This document shows, in pieces, positions 52,259-64,000 of a DNA stretch of 64,000 nt. This DNA is from Octopus sinensis (Eukaryota): NCBI RefSeq assembly GCF_006345805.1, contig NC_043004.1, positions 74,586,001-74,650,000 on the forward strand, given 5' to 3'. A program made the position numbers and the translations under genes. The notes under the pieces were generated by a model. It saw only the letters and a list, made by a program, of their open reading frames with translations. It did no database searches and was not told the DNA's origin. The stretch's first letter is position 1, and the number at the start of each line of letters is the position of its first letter.

Positions 52259-55200
52259 GCCTCCACAAATGAGGAAAAATTTAAAAGCATAGACGAGGAG
52301 ATGCACAATATAATACTGAAACATACCGAGGGACAACCCCTCGAAAATACATTAGATCATTGGAAGGATACCTGTGAAAAAGAAGAGAGAAATTCTCTCC
52401 AACGCTGGGAGAAAAACATGGACTTCTTCCAAAAATATAGTGCAACTTTCAAAAATGAATTGGGTACAAATAATCCCTTCCTTAAGAAAATTACAAAAAA
52501 TAAAAAAGTAAAACCAAACAACCCACGAACAACCCCCAACTATCCTCCATACACTAAAAACAGAAATCCCCCACAACCAACCTTTGCAAACCACGCAAGA
52601 CCTAACAGGGAACTAACTGACAGAGGACGCGTCTATGAAATAAATTACACCAAAAACAGAACACACCAACAACATCCTAATACCAGACCCAACCACCATA
52701 CAGCACAAAACGACACTAGAATAAGAAATACACCACACACAAGTCGCTACTACCCCATGAACCAAAATTACTGGTCCCCACTAAACACAAGACAAACACA
52801 AAAAAACACTATGTCAAGCAACATCCCACATACAAGCAGTTCGAAACAAAAATATTTCCCATACAGAAATTTCACACACACCACAAACAATAACAACCAT
52901 AGATTCCCTCACACACACAACGATCGGGGGCAACAATACCACCACTCCCCCGACCAAATATCACACAACCTCACAGACAACTCATACAAACAAAATTACA
53001 CCCAACATTTTTTAGCCAGGGACCAGGGACACCAGGACACAGGCTGGAACCTAGTAATTAGGAAAAACCGAAGATAATCAATCTTTCAACCAAACCTCTT
53101 TCTAACATAAAAATTGACATCCTCTCAAAAGGGTTCAAATTTACACCAACTCCACGCAGAGCCAACCTAAATGAAATCAAGGATAATATAACAGAATTTT
53201 GCAGAAAATTAAGACTAGCAGAAGCATCAACCAGTTTCAATACTGAAGATGAATCACTAGTCAAGAACAAAAGTGAACACATCCCACACAGAGGAAGAAA
53301 TAAAGATCTTGACGAATTCTGTAACCACATTGAAAACTTCCCCTACCATACTATACATAAACAGAAAGCTAACTCAAATTTTAACACTACACAATGGAAA
53401 GAACTGATAGAACTTCAAAATGATGAGGATATAACCATTAAGGAAGCAGACAAGGGAAATGCAGTTGTAATAATGGATACATCATACTACAGAAATCTTG
53501 ATTTCCTTACTTGATGACGACCTACATTATGAAAACATTACCAACTACACCCCACAAAAAATAATGAAAACTCTATCTTCACTAATTAAAACCCATGAAA
53601 AAGAACTAACAACCAAAGAGATTGACTTCCTAACAAACTTTAAATGCAAACCTAGCCTTTTCTATGGTCTGCCAAAAATTCATAAAAGTCAAATTATAAA
53701 TGAAACCATTAAAAAATCACCAAAGACATACATACACACACCTAACCCGGGGGACCTAAAACTACGACCCATTGTAGCTGGCCCAACCTGTGAAACACAC
53801 AGACTAAGTCTACTTATGGACATCCTCCTGAAACCCTTCCTTAAACATATTGATAGCCATATCAGAGATGACTTAGATATGTTAAACCACCTTCCAAAAA
53901 AAGCCAAGGAAGAAACAATCCTGGTTTCATTTGATGTAGTCAACTTGTATACCAGTATACCTCATAATTATGGACTAGACGCAATACAGTTCTGGCTGGA
54001 CCAATTTCCGGAAGAAATACCAAAAAGGATCAGCAAAGAATTCATTACTAAATCAATTGAATTCATCCTACACAATAACCACTTCACATTTGACAATACA
54101 TTTTACCGTCAAAAATCCGGAATTGCTATGGGTACAAGGGCAGCACCAGTCATTGCGAACTTAACAATGGGATACATGGAAATAATCATTTACCAGGAAT
54201 CTTTATCAATCTTTGGAAGCCCCCTCTCTCAATACATAAAAGAGAACTGGAAACGATTCTTAGACGATTGTTTTGTTCTCTGGAATGAAAACACAGATAA
54301 ACTCCTAAAATTTAAAAACCTATTGAACAGCATAAACCCAAATATACAGTTCACAATGGAATACAACCAAAAGGAGCTCCCGTTCTTGGATATACTAATT
54401 AAAAAAATTAACCTTAAAATAGAAACAGACATTTTTTACAAAGCCACAGACGCCAAACAATACCTTCTCTTTAATTCATGCCACCCAAGACACACTAAAA
54501 CAAACATCCCCTTCAACCTTGCAAGAAGGATATGCACAATATTGTCAGAACAAAATACCAGGAACATTAGACTGCAAGAACTTAAAAACATCCTAATTGA
54601 CAGACATTACCCAGCTCAACTCATAGAGGATGGGATCAGACGTGCAACAGAAATCAACATAGAAGCTTTAAGAAAAGTTCAACACAACAACACACCTTCC
54701 CCGAAAATACTACCTTACATATCTACATACAACCCCAGAAACAAAGAAGCCTTCACCATCATCACCCAGAATTTACCAATACTTCATAAAAACCCCAAAT
54801 CATTAAAAGCTACAAACAGCCTAAATCACTTAAAAAGATTCTCACAAAGGCAAAATTGTCTTCTGAAATTACGGATGCAAAAGTAAAAAAATGTGGTAGA
54901 TCGAACTGTGCAACATGCCCTAACCTGCTAGAAGGATCAGAATTCCTCTTTAAAGAGGGACAGAAATTCAAGATCAAATCTAACTTTACTTGTGCCTCTG
55001 AAAACATAATTTATGTCATAAAATGCTCGGGCTGCCACCAAGACTACGTGGGTTCCACGGGACTATCACTCAGACGTAGATGCACACTGCATCGACAACA
55101 GATTGCATTCCCAGAATATAGAATGATACTTTTTAGTGAGCACATTGAGAAGTGCGCAAAGCAACTACTACCACAATTTTTAATCTTTCCATTTTACCAA

Positions 55201-55314
55201 TGTGCTTTCGGATCATCAACACAAATTAGACTAAACAAGGAAACATTCTTCATTGAAAAGTACAAGCCCAGACTCAACCATCCGAACATACTGATACAGA
55301 GAAATTCACATTAA
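52259..55314 (+). pseudogene. PLE-2 polyprotein (N-terminal region, RT, Cys linker, GIY-YIG) broken by three frame changes (about 53070, 53497, 54797)
   Basis: IINLS...KGFKFTPTP, IKEADKGNAVVIMD, SFDVVNLYTSIP, GIAMGTRAAP, WKRFLDDCF, CGRSNCATC, IIYVIKC...DYVGST. The break at about 54797 is a small deletion relative to PLE-1. Confidence 0.92.
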
Positions 55315-55445
55315 GGGAAAAGAAAAAAAATTTTAAGCGATTATCTCCCTTACACCGGACGAAATCACCCACTACCTCCCCTTATTTAGAACTCTCCGGA
55401 ACATAAACACAACGATAACTCTATACAACATAAACATAACGTCAC

Positions 55446-55484
55446 AAGAAATTTGAAAAGCTACAAGCGAAACCGGTCTTTCTT
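55446..55484 (+). ncRNA. Minimal type I hammerhead ribozyme, U3-A8 variant, in the PLE-2 3' pseudo-LTR
   Basis: aagaaa-t TTGAAAA gct-aca-agc GAAA ccgg TC tttctt. Stem I 6 bp with one extra nt, palindromic ACCGGT, GUC triplet. Confidence 0.7.
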
Positions 55485-55614
55485 TAAAAATTATGTCATT
55501 ATAAGAGTAAAAAAATTTTTTTTTTAATTTTCTAATATTCTTCAGACATATTGACGCAAATATATATATTTTTTAATATTTAAGCCTTCTGTCGTTTTTT
55601 CACTCTTTACTATT

Positions 55615-55706
<92 letters not shown>

Positions 55707-56895
55707 ATTACGAGCAAAATGCCCCCCGTCCAATGGATGGAGGTGAGTTCTCAAACATTTAAACCAAATTTTCTCAAAACAACTTGTCCGACCGTCCCAT
55801 AGGCCTCCCCATTTCAGAAACACTGCTTTAACCTAAATTGTTACTATCAATTTTACAATTTCAAATGTTCCATACAATTGCGTTTCCAAGGACACAGAAT
55901 TCAAACTTACCTCTTGATGACAACATTAGAATTTGGTGCCTCAGCTGAGGAGAATAACATGTGATTCTGATGCTCGTAAAATATTGTTTAATATTCGTAT
56001 ATCAAGTTTATATTAAGTTTAAATATTGCATGTATATATAACTATATTAACTGTTATAATTGAGCCAATAATTAGTGTGTTGGTATACGTTTTGGAAATT
56101 TTTTTTATTAAACAACTATTTGAACAAGAGAAAGATGAAGTAGAATACTTTTGATGCTATTTTTCTCATCTTTTACTTACATCAGGAAAAACGAAGACAG
56201 ATATTTTAGCTTTATTGCAGCGTTTTGGCTGGTTCCCAGGTCAAAGCTGATTATTAAAATTGTTAAAGTCAGTTTTATTTTCCCTTGACCTGATTGTTAA
56301 TTAGAAGCAGACACTTGAGAATTTCTGGTAGTAATATGTATTGAAACAACAGGCATGAATGGGTGACGGACTGGTTTGCAAATATCATTAGCAATTATAT
56401 AATTGAAATTTGTTTGTTTTTGTTATTTGTTTGTTTTGTTTTGTTTTGCATGATCTACTTTTGGTTATGGAAATTTTAAATGAATGCATTTAAGATAATT
56501 TGCGAAAATGATTTGTTTTCACGTTGCATAACATCTGATTGCAAACTGAATGTCCTTGGATGGTTTCTCAAAAAAAACAAGCCGCTAGAAAATACACTTT
56601 CTATTTGAAATGCAAAATATCTTGAATTTGTAAAGGTCTGAGATCGAATGAGAGCTGGCCAATTTTAGATTTTAACAGGTGTTGTTTTGTAATTCAAATT
56701 CATGGGAGAAATATTTATTTTTAATTCAGTAATGCATGCATTTGTGAACAAAATCGTCGTTGAAACAAATACCCAGATAAAGCACCAACGAAGCAATTAT
56801 TGACTCAATTATAACAGTTGACATAATAATATGCAAACTTAATATAAATCTCTATAGACTAACTTGCAAAAGAATTTCATTTTCCTACAAATATT

Positions 56896-57092
56896 GGCTT
56901 CAAATTTTGGCAAAGGGCTAGAAATTCGAGGAGAGAAAGTAAGTCGATTGCATCGACCCCAGTGCTCAAGTAGTATTAATGTTATTGATCCTGAAAGGTT
57001 GAAAGGCCTAGTTGCCCATGGTGGAATTTGAACTCAGACCATTATGCATTGTGCCCGGCGTACTAAACGAATCTTCCAGCTCGCTACCATAA
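56896..57092 (-). mobile_element. Diverged family B SINE with TSD; another + strand copy follows at about 57120-57300
   Basis: 15-bp direct repeat tttcctacaaatatt at 56881-56895 and 57093-57107. Confidence 0.8.
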
Positions 57093-57878
57093 TTTCCTAC
57101 AAATATTAAACAATGTTAAACGATGAGCTGGCAGAATTGTTAGAAATACTTAACGGCCTTTTGTCCGGCTTTACGTTTTGAGTTCAAATTCCACTGAGTT
57201 CATTTGTGCCTTTTTTCCTTTCGGGATCGATAAAATAAGCTCCAGAAGAATACAGGAATCGATGCAATCGACTCATTTCCTTCTTCAAATTTCAAATCAA
57301 TATTAATAATGTTTTTACAACTACAACTAGTAGGATCTCATTCACTATTCATACATGTCGTTCTAGTCAGCTGAGGCAATGAATACTTATGTCATCTACA
57401 TAAGCTAAGGTTGCATAAATTTTCTGTCCTTGAAAACACGATTGTATAAAATATTTGAAATTTTGAAATTGATAATAAAATTCCTGATCATAAATTTGTT
57501 CCATTTGCTATATTAATATTTCATACGAGCCTCGACATCTATCTTAAAATGAAGATCTTAAAACATTTGGGGGAAGAAAAAGATAATCATGGATGAAAAT
57601 GACATTATAACGTTAGTAACTGTCTACCAAATAATACATGTTTATTGTTTACTCTTTGTCAGTTAATGAGTCCGTGCGTGTGTGTGTGTGTGTGTGTATG
57701 AAAGGGAGAGAGAAAGACAGACAGTGAGTGAACTTATTCAAGACAAACAATACAAGGAATATTTCCCTTCATCAGCTGCCCCTGGTTGTTTTTTCGTTGT
57801 TAAAAAAAGTCCGTTTCCTTGTTTGTATTGATGTTTTCGTTTCTCGTTGAATTCTACGTTTATTTGTGGTGTCCTGTA

Positions 57879-57937
<59 letters not shown>

Positions 57938-58063
57938 GTATATATACATATAGATGTAGGTATTTACATATATGTATGTATGTATGCATATGTTTTATTT
58001 GCTAAATTGTTATTATATGACTGAGCGCCTCGCGTCGTTTCTTAAGTAAGTTTACTCCAAGTA

Positions 58064-58122
<59 letters not shown>

Positions 58123-58329
58123 CCAAAAGTGTAGGGGACTTCCAAGGGCTCTTCGTGAAAACCCTACAAAACTTACGATCACCCTGACTCTAGAGCAAGT
58201 GCCCTCTCCTTCTCATCTACCTTCCATCTACTTGCGCATGCTTTAAGTAGGTCCGTTCACTCGAACCAATTGCGCTACATTCACCCACCACTTAAAAAAA
58301 TTGCTGGAAACCAGCAATTTTCTCATTAA

Positions 58330-59760
58330 CTTCATTTACCTTTTCAGGTGAAACTTGAAAAGGTTGATGAGGGCTTGGTCAAAGAGGAAAGTGTCGGTCT
58401 TTCAACATAGTCCATCACACAACCGCCTTCGCTAAGACCACCAAGAAACATTGACTGCTTTTTACAACCAAAGGAAGGTGGCGGGATGATGTTTACAATG
58501 GATTCAGCCGATAACAGGATCCCTCCTACACGCGACAGAAGGTATTCAACATGAACTCACAAGTCAGTAATGCTCGCATCTGAATGTTATTCTCGGTTCG
58601 AAAGTCAACCGTATGGATCAGCCATCTCATTCACGTCTCACAGAGAACGTCGCCGCTCTTGTCTGTTACCAACCCACTATAGAACGGCTGAGTCGAACTT
58701 CCACCTATCGCATTATCTGACTGACTGAGGACTGTGAGCGCCTAATGACACTCGTGATGCTAGTCGCCCTGCCTCGGTCTACACTTGATCCAGGGCTGTA
58801 GCTCAGACAAAGTGACGAACGTCGTGTCTGCCAAATGGCGACTACAACTGCTTACTGTCTAGAAAGCACTGGAGATGTCGTGGCCTCAGTGTATTTCTAC
58901 ACACCAGCCACCACGTCATTCCCTGCTCTCTATTTAGCGGTTGATGATAGGAAATGGAGCGCATAGCCAATCAACGCGTCCACTCCACAAAAGCGGAAGT
59001 GTACGCACTCCGGTTTGGTAAGACATAAACTGGAGCAAGTCACAACGGTCAAAAGATATTATTATGACAGGCATGATGTTAGCATTTTCCACATCTGACC
59101 GACCATTTACGGATGGCTTTCTCTTGACCCATTCCTGAGTGGGACTGGCCACCTCGCTTCTCACATAGTCCCAATTTTCCACCAGGGGATTCAGGCCAAA
59201 CCACACCGCGCAAGTCAATCGATCAGTCCGTCCAGCATCCCACGACGTTATTAGACTACATGTACCTGCTTCTCCAAGTTATGACGGTGATATCATCTGC
59301 ATAAGCCGACACAGTTCTGTCACGTCCTAATTCGTGCGGGGTGCCTCTCAACACCTCCGATTTCCGCAGTAGGGTCTCTTGCGCGGTACATATATTAAAG
59401 ATGAGAGGGGACCGAACGTATGATGTAGAAGGTTTCATTAGGTAGCCATTCTCCCGAACTACCGAGCAGATGTCGTTGTACATTGCAGCGAATCAGCCAC
59501 GGATAACAGGACCGAGACAAACCGCCGTGAGGTCCAACCGCCATGTATTAGTGATCATCCCTGTAGATGGCTTTAGATTGATCCAAATTGATCACAGCCC
59601 CACTTATACCAGCTTCTTTGTTCACCCTATCTATGATATATTGCATGATGTAGAGATTGTCAAGGATGGATCTCTTTGGAATTATGTATTGTTAGCGCAA
59701 CCCCTATCAGTTCGACGGCAATCGCCAACCTCTTGCTAACGTTTTGGTAAAAAAAATTCT
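58330..59760 (-). mobile_element. Decayed Tx1/L1-clade LINE (RT to C-terminus)
   Basis: GAVINLDQSKA, AMYNDICSVVRENG, SAYADDITVI, LLSRVGGILLSAESIV; many stops and frameshifts. Confidence 0.8.
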
Positions 59761-59839
59761 TAATTCTGCGTTCAGCAACTTTATGGTACTAAACTTTTTT
59801 ATTTGATCCCACTTGTCTTTTTCTCTTTTTTAGCAGTAC

Positions 59840-60150
59840 CACCTGTCCTTCTACTATAGCTTCGGGCCGACCAAAGCTTTGTGAGTGGGTTTGGTAGAAG
59901 GAAACTGAAAGACATCCGTCGTGTATATGTATATATATATGTGCGTGTGTGTGTTTGTGTGTTTGTATGTCTGCGTTTTCCCCCATCATCGCTTAATAAC
60001 TGATGGCGGTGTGTTTACGTCCCCGTAACTTAGCGGTTAGGCAAAAGAGAACGATGGAATAAGTAATAGGTTTACAAAGAATAAGTCCTAGGTACGATTT
60101 GTTCGACTAAAGGCGGCGCTCCAGCATAGCCACAGTCTAAAATAATTAAA
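59840..60150 (+). mobile_element. 5'-truncated family A SINE
   Basis: cttctactatagcttcgggccgaccaaagctttgtgagtgg...ggcggcgctccagcatagcc. Confidence 0.8.
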
Positions 60151-60189
60151 AGATATAAAGAATAAAGAATAGAGAGCATTATATTATTG

Positions 60190-60375
60190 ACCAATATATT
60201 TTGCGCTTCCCTTCAACCAACATGTGCCCGTGTTTGGTACTTTCTCTCTCGCTCTTCCGAATGCTGAGATGGTCTTGTTCACCCTGTCATTTAGTTCTTG
60301 CTTCAGCCTCTGATCACTATTGATTGTGCTTGCCAAATATGTAAAAGGATCTCCTTCTACCAGTTTTGATGGCGT
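60190..60375 (-). mobile_element. Short RTE-like RT fragment
   Basis: PFTYLASTINSDQRLKQELNDRVNKTISAFGRAREKV resembles the RTE FTYLGS...EI..RI.KAS.AFGRL motif. Confidence 0.55.
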
Positions 60376-60539
60376 TAGACTGAACTAGTGCGGCTTCGAT
60401 TCTATGACTTAGTACTCAAAAGAAAACTACAATTTTCTAACTATTAATATTTGAATGTAATTTTTCGACTACAACTAAACATCCAACATGCGCGTGTGTG
60501 TGTGTTTGTTTGTTGTGTCTGGGGGGTTGTTTATACATG

Positions 60540-60825
60540 TGACACCGTGACAGACCAGGCTATCAGATGTTACTACACATCGCTGGTCGCAATGCGCTTC
60601 GCATTGTTTTAGCCTTCGGATGACGCCACCACGCTGGCTAAGCGAGCAGGCCAACAGAAGAAAGAGTGAGAGAAAGTTGTGGCGAAAGTGTACAACAGGG
60701 ATCGCCACCACCCCCTGCCGGAGCGTCGTGGAGCTTTAGGCGTTTTCGCTCAATAAACACTCACAAAGCCCGGTCTGGGAATAGAAACCGCGATCCTACC
60801 ACCGCGAGTCCGCTACCTTCACCAT
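60540..60825 (-). mobile_element. Family C SINE copy, head partly lost
   Basis: Highly similar to 51310-51620. Confidence 0.85.
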
Positions 60826-62321
60826 GTTTATTCATGTACACACAAAATATTAAATATTTATGATACCTTTATAATTTTCAGTATTCATTCATTGCACACT
60901 GACCCATATGCACATTTATAGGTTTCAATTCAAAACCAGTTATGTAACATGGGACTTCAATGCTGAATTATTTTCCTAAGTTCTCTTGAAATGTGCATAT
61001 ATTAGTATCTTTTTGTTTTAGTTTGGGAAAATTGCCATAACGTTGTAGTATTTTGTTACAAAGTTGACCTTAACTTACATTCTTCTTCGGCTTCGGAAAT
61101 ATATATTTATCAATTTCTCCTGTGGTCACGTACACATAGTACAGGAAATTTTTTGTTACTGGTTCCTATTGGCTCCGCATTTCTCTAGCGTTCCTCTCGT
61201 TCTTTTTTGATCTGTTGGTGTCTATTTGAAAGCTGATTTAGAATGATGTTGTTTTCGTAGCCGGAATATGTGGCTTGCTAGTATTAATCTTCGCTTTTTA
61301 AAGATTTCAAACTGTCTTCAAAAGATAGTCTTGCCAGAACGATCTCAGGATCTTTCTCAAGCATTTTTGATGGAACACGTGTAGCGTTCTATTTTCACGA
61401 TGTTCTTACATGCCTCACTGGCATAAAGATCTGATAGGAGACCCATTCTATTATAAATCTGTATGTTTGAGAGTTTAGCCAATGGTGGTAAAGGAACACA
61501 TGGTGCAAATTTTCTTGAATATGAATGCAGCTTTGCCATCGTCGCTAGTCTCAATAATGATGTCGTTACCGGTGTTACTATCCGGATAGATGAATCTCTG
61601 CTATACCTCTTATAGCTCGATAGTTTTTCAATTAATCTTTCTAATCGTTGTTGTTCGAGGCTCCTCAATTTTAATGTTCGTCATTTTGCTCGTGTAAAGG
61701 TGTAGTTCTGTCTGTTGATTAAATATTTCTAGTAAACGTGCTATCAATCGCTAATTTTGTTCTTCCGTTGTCAGCGTAATTATTCGTCATTTATTTTACA
61801 CTAGCGTATTTGAGTTACTCTTTACTCCAATTATATCTCGTATTTTGTACTATTGAGTTCTTGGATCATTTCGGCAGGCTACTGCTTGTTTCAGTAACCG
61901 TTGTTTCAGTAACAATTTTTCACAATTCTTCTTCTTTAGAGAGTTGCAGTGATAGATGTAATATAGCTTGAGACAGGGTGCTTGGCACCAATGTGCCCTC
62001 AGTCCTTCACAGGCTTCTGTCAGAAGGGCAATGTAATCTATACATTCTATAGAGGGTAAGAATTGGAATGAGCGGTGATGTTCTCGGTAAGACTGAGGAG
62101 GAACAACTAATTTGTCTATCCAAGAGGACTTCCAGCCTTGGACAATTTTCAAAAAGTAGTAAAATACGACTGCGCAATCTCCTAGAGTAGTGAATAATTA
62201 ACAGCAGTGTAATTACTTTTCCATTCATTATGTTTCCTATTTTCAAATCTTGCCCTAAATATTTCATCACTCAGCAATTCAATGAGATTTTCCTGCAAAC
62301 TGTACATCAGTAACATTAGTG

Positions 62322-62716
62322 GAGGCGCAATGGCCCAATGGTTAGGGCAGCGAACTCGCGGTCGGAGGATCGCGGTTTCGATTCCCAGACCGGGCGTTGT
62401 GCATGTTTATTGAGCGAAAACAACTAAAGGTCCACGAGTCTCCGGAAGGGGATGCTGGCGACCCCTGTTGTACTCTTTCGCTCCAACTTTCTCTCACTCT
62501 TTCTTCCTGTTTCTTGTCCTCGACTTCCTACGCAACCTCTGAGCCTGGATGCGCATTCATCCATACGTCGATGTTCTCGGTGTCGGGGTTGACCTGCTTT
62601 CTCTTCTGTGGGTCTTACGAATAGAAAAGGACCATGTATCGAACTTCTCCCACTCCAGAGGCGCGATCTTGCGAGCTCTGGGACGAAGGCCGCTTCGCTC
62701 AACAAACAAACAAACA
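62322..62716 (+). mobile_element. Family C-type SINE with full tRNA-like head and (AAAC)n tail
   Basis: ggaggcgcaatggcccaatggttagggc...ggtttcgattcccagacc; ends caaacaaacaaacaa. Confidence 0.85.
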
Positions 62717-63555
62717 ATCATCAACATTAACATGAACAGGAAATGTCATCCAGTGCGTGTATTTAACTTCAGTAGGTCACTAAACCGAGCTTGCATATCA
62801 TCATGCAGGTTTTGAAAATGTTCAGCATACAATACAAGGTAATCACTATGCGGATTACTGCTCATTAATTCCTAAATAGGAAATCGTAATTATGCACGAT
62901 ATAAAATATACATTTTATAGAGTTGTGCTTTCCCTAGAAAAACAGTAATAGCTCTTTAGGCGAATATGAGATAAGCTGTTTATTAATCAGATTTATTTTA
63001 TCAAATATATCTGCTCAGTAAAATACATCACATTTAGCAGCAACCATTTAATGGCTGTTAGCCAGAAATGAGAACGGACTTTGTAATAGCTGTCTAATAC
63101 GTCGGATTTTCTCCATTTTTGTCAAATTTTTACAAATTGTTTTCTATCCAACATTTCGAATCAATGGAGGAAGCTTTTAAAAAACAAATTAATTCATGAA
63201 TTTAAAAGTCCCGAAAGTGCCTTCAGGAAAACAGCAAATGCTAAAACCTTTTCCGTCTTCGTTATTTTTCATGTTATAGTGTTTTTCTGTATTTCCGTAT
63301 TTTAATCTGGGATCTCAGCACCGTCATCCTCTGGCGTAGACTGTTTTTAATTTGACCAATATATTGTTACCGACACTCTGAGCAAGTTAATACAAATATT
63401 AGGTTTTCCGAAGCACAAGTGAAGATGATTCACTTAATGTTTTATCAACTTTAATTGCTTTTCATATTTTAGTCTTAGTTGAAAACGTTTAAAAGACGGA
63501 GACCAGTACTAAAATGTGCTTCATGATAAAATTATCTTAGCATTTCCTACCTTGT

Positions 63556-63935
<380 letters not shown>

Positions 63936-64000
63936 TTGGAGGTGCTTTCTGTCCCTATAAATGAACGTCTAATGACTCAACAATTGCACCTGAAAAGCGG

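Larger units (their letters stand above)
52083..55624 (+). mobile_element. Penelope-like retroelement PLE-2 (Neptune-like) with an inverted 5' pseudo-LTR copy
   Basis: About 174-bp inverted terminal repeats (52083-52256 and 55451-55624, about 97% identical by eye), internal RT + GIY-YIG frames, microsatellites at both ends. Confidence 0.95.

Noticed and set aside
57745-57880. Minus-strand CTGATGA followed by a small hairpin, resembling a PLE pseudo-LTR remnant
   Set aside because: The GAAA and cleavage half are missing, so it cannot be called a ribozyme; at most a truncated relic.
61200-62300. Minus-strand ORF fragments (including WIDKL) faintly like the N-terminal part of a REL-type LINE
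   Set aside because: Similarity rests on a few residues; needs a TBLASTX or HMM search.

Overview
AT-rich, microsatellite-dense animal genomic DNA. The SINE families, abundant (TA)n arrays and retroelement types suggest an octopus or other coleoid cephalopod (inference from recognised repeats, not from a search). One host gene can be assembled on the + strand: five phase-compatible coding exons (26668-39041) giving a 247-aa putatively secreted protein with a PAN/Apple-like Cys-rich N-terminal domain. The rest is mobile DNA: two near-complete Penelope-like elements (PLEs; RT plus C-terminal GIY-YIG, Neptune-like) and two PLE 3' remnants, R4/Dong-like REL-endonuclease LINE remnants in (AAT)n tracts, RTE and Tx1-like remnants, mariner remnants, two Helitron-like elements, a MITE-like foldback and many tRNA-derived SINEs. 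The most striking unannotated signal is a set of type I hammerhead ribozyme (HHR) folds found by eye: about seven complete or near-complete plus several degenerate or partial ones. They fall in several unrelated sequence families. Some lie in PLE pseudo-LTRs with a U3-A8 core variant; others lie in short non-coding foldback elements, one of them about 50 nt downstream of an exon of the host gene. Nearly all ORFs in the supplied track that read as [12 protein letters not shown] or similar are microsatellite artefacts. All alignments, folds and boundaries were done by eye, so boundaries of decayed elements are approximate.
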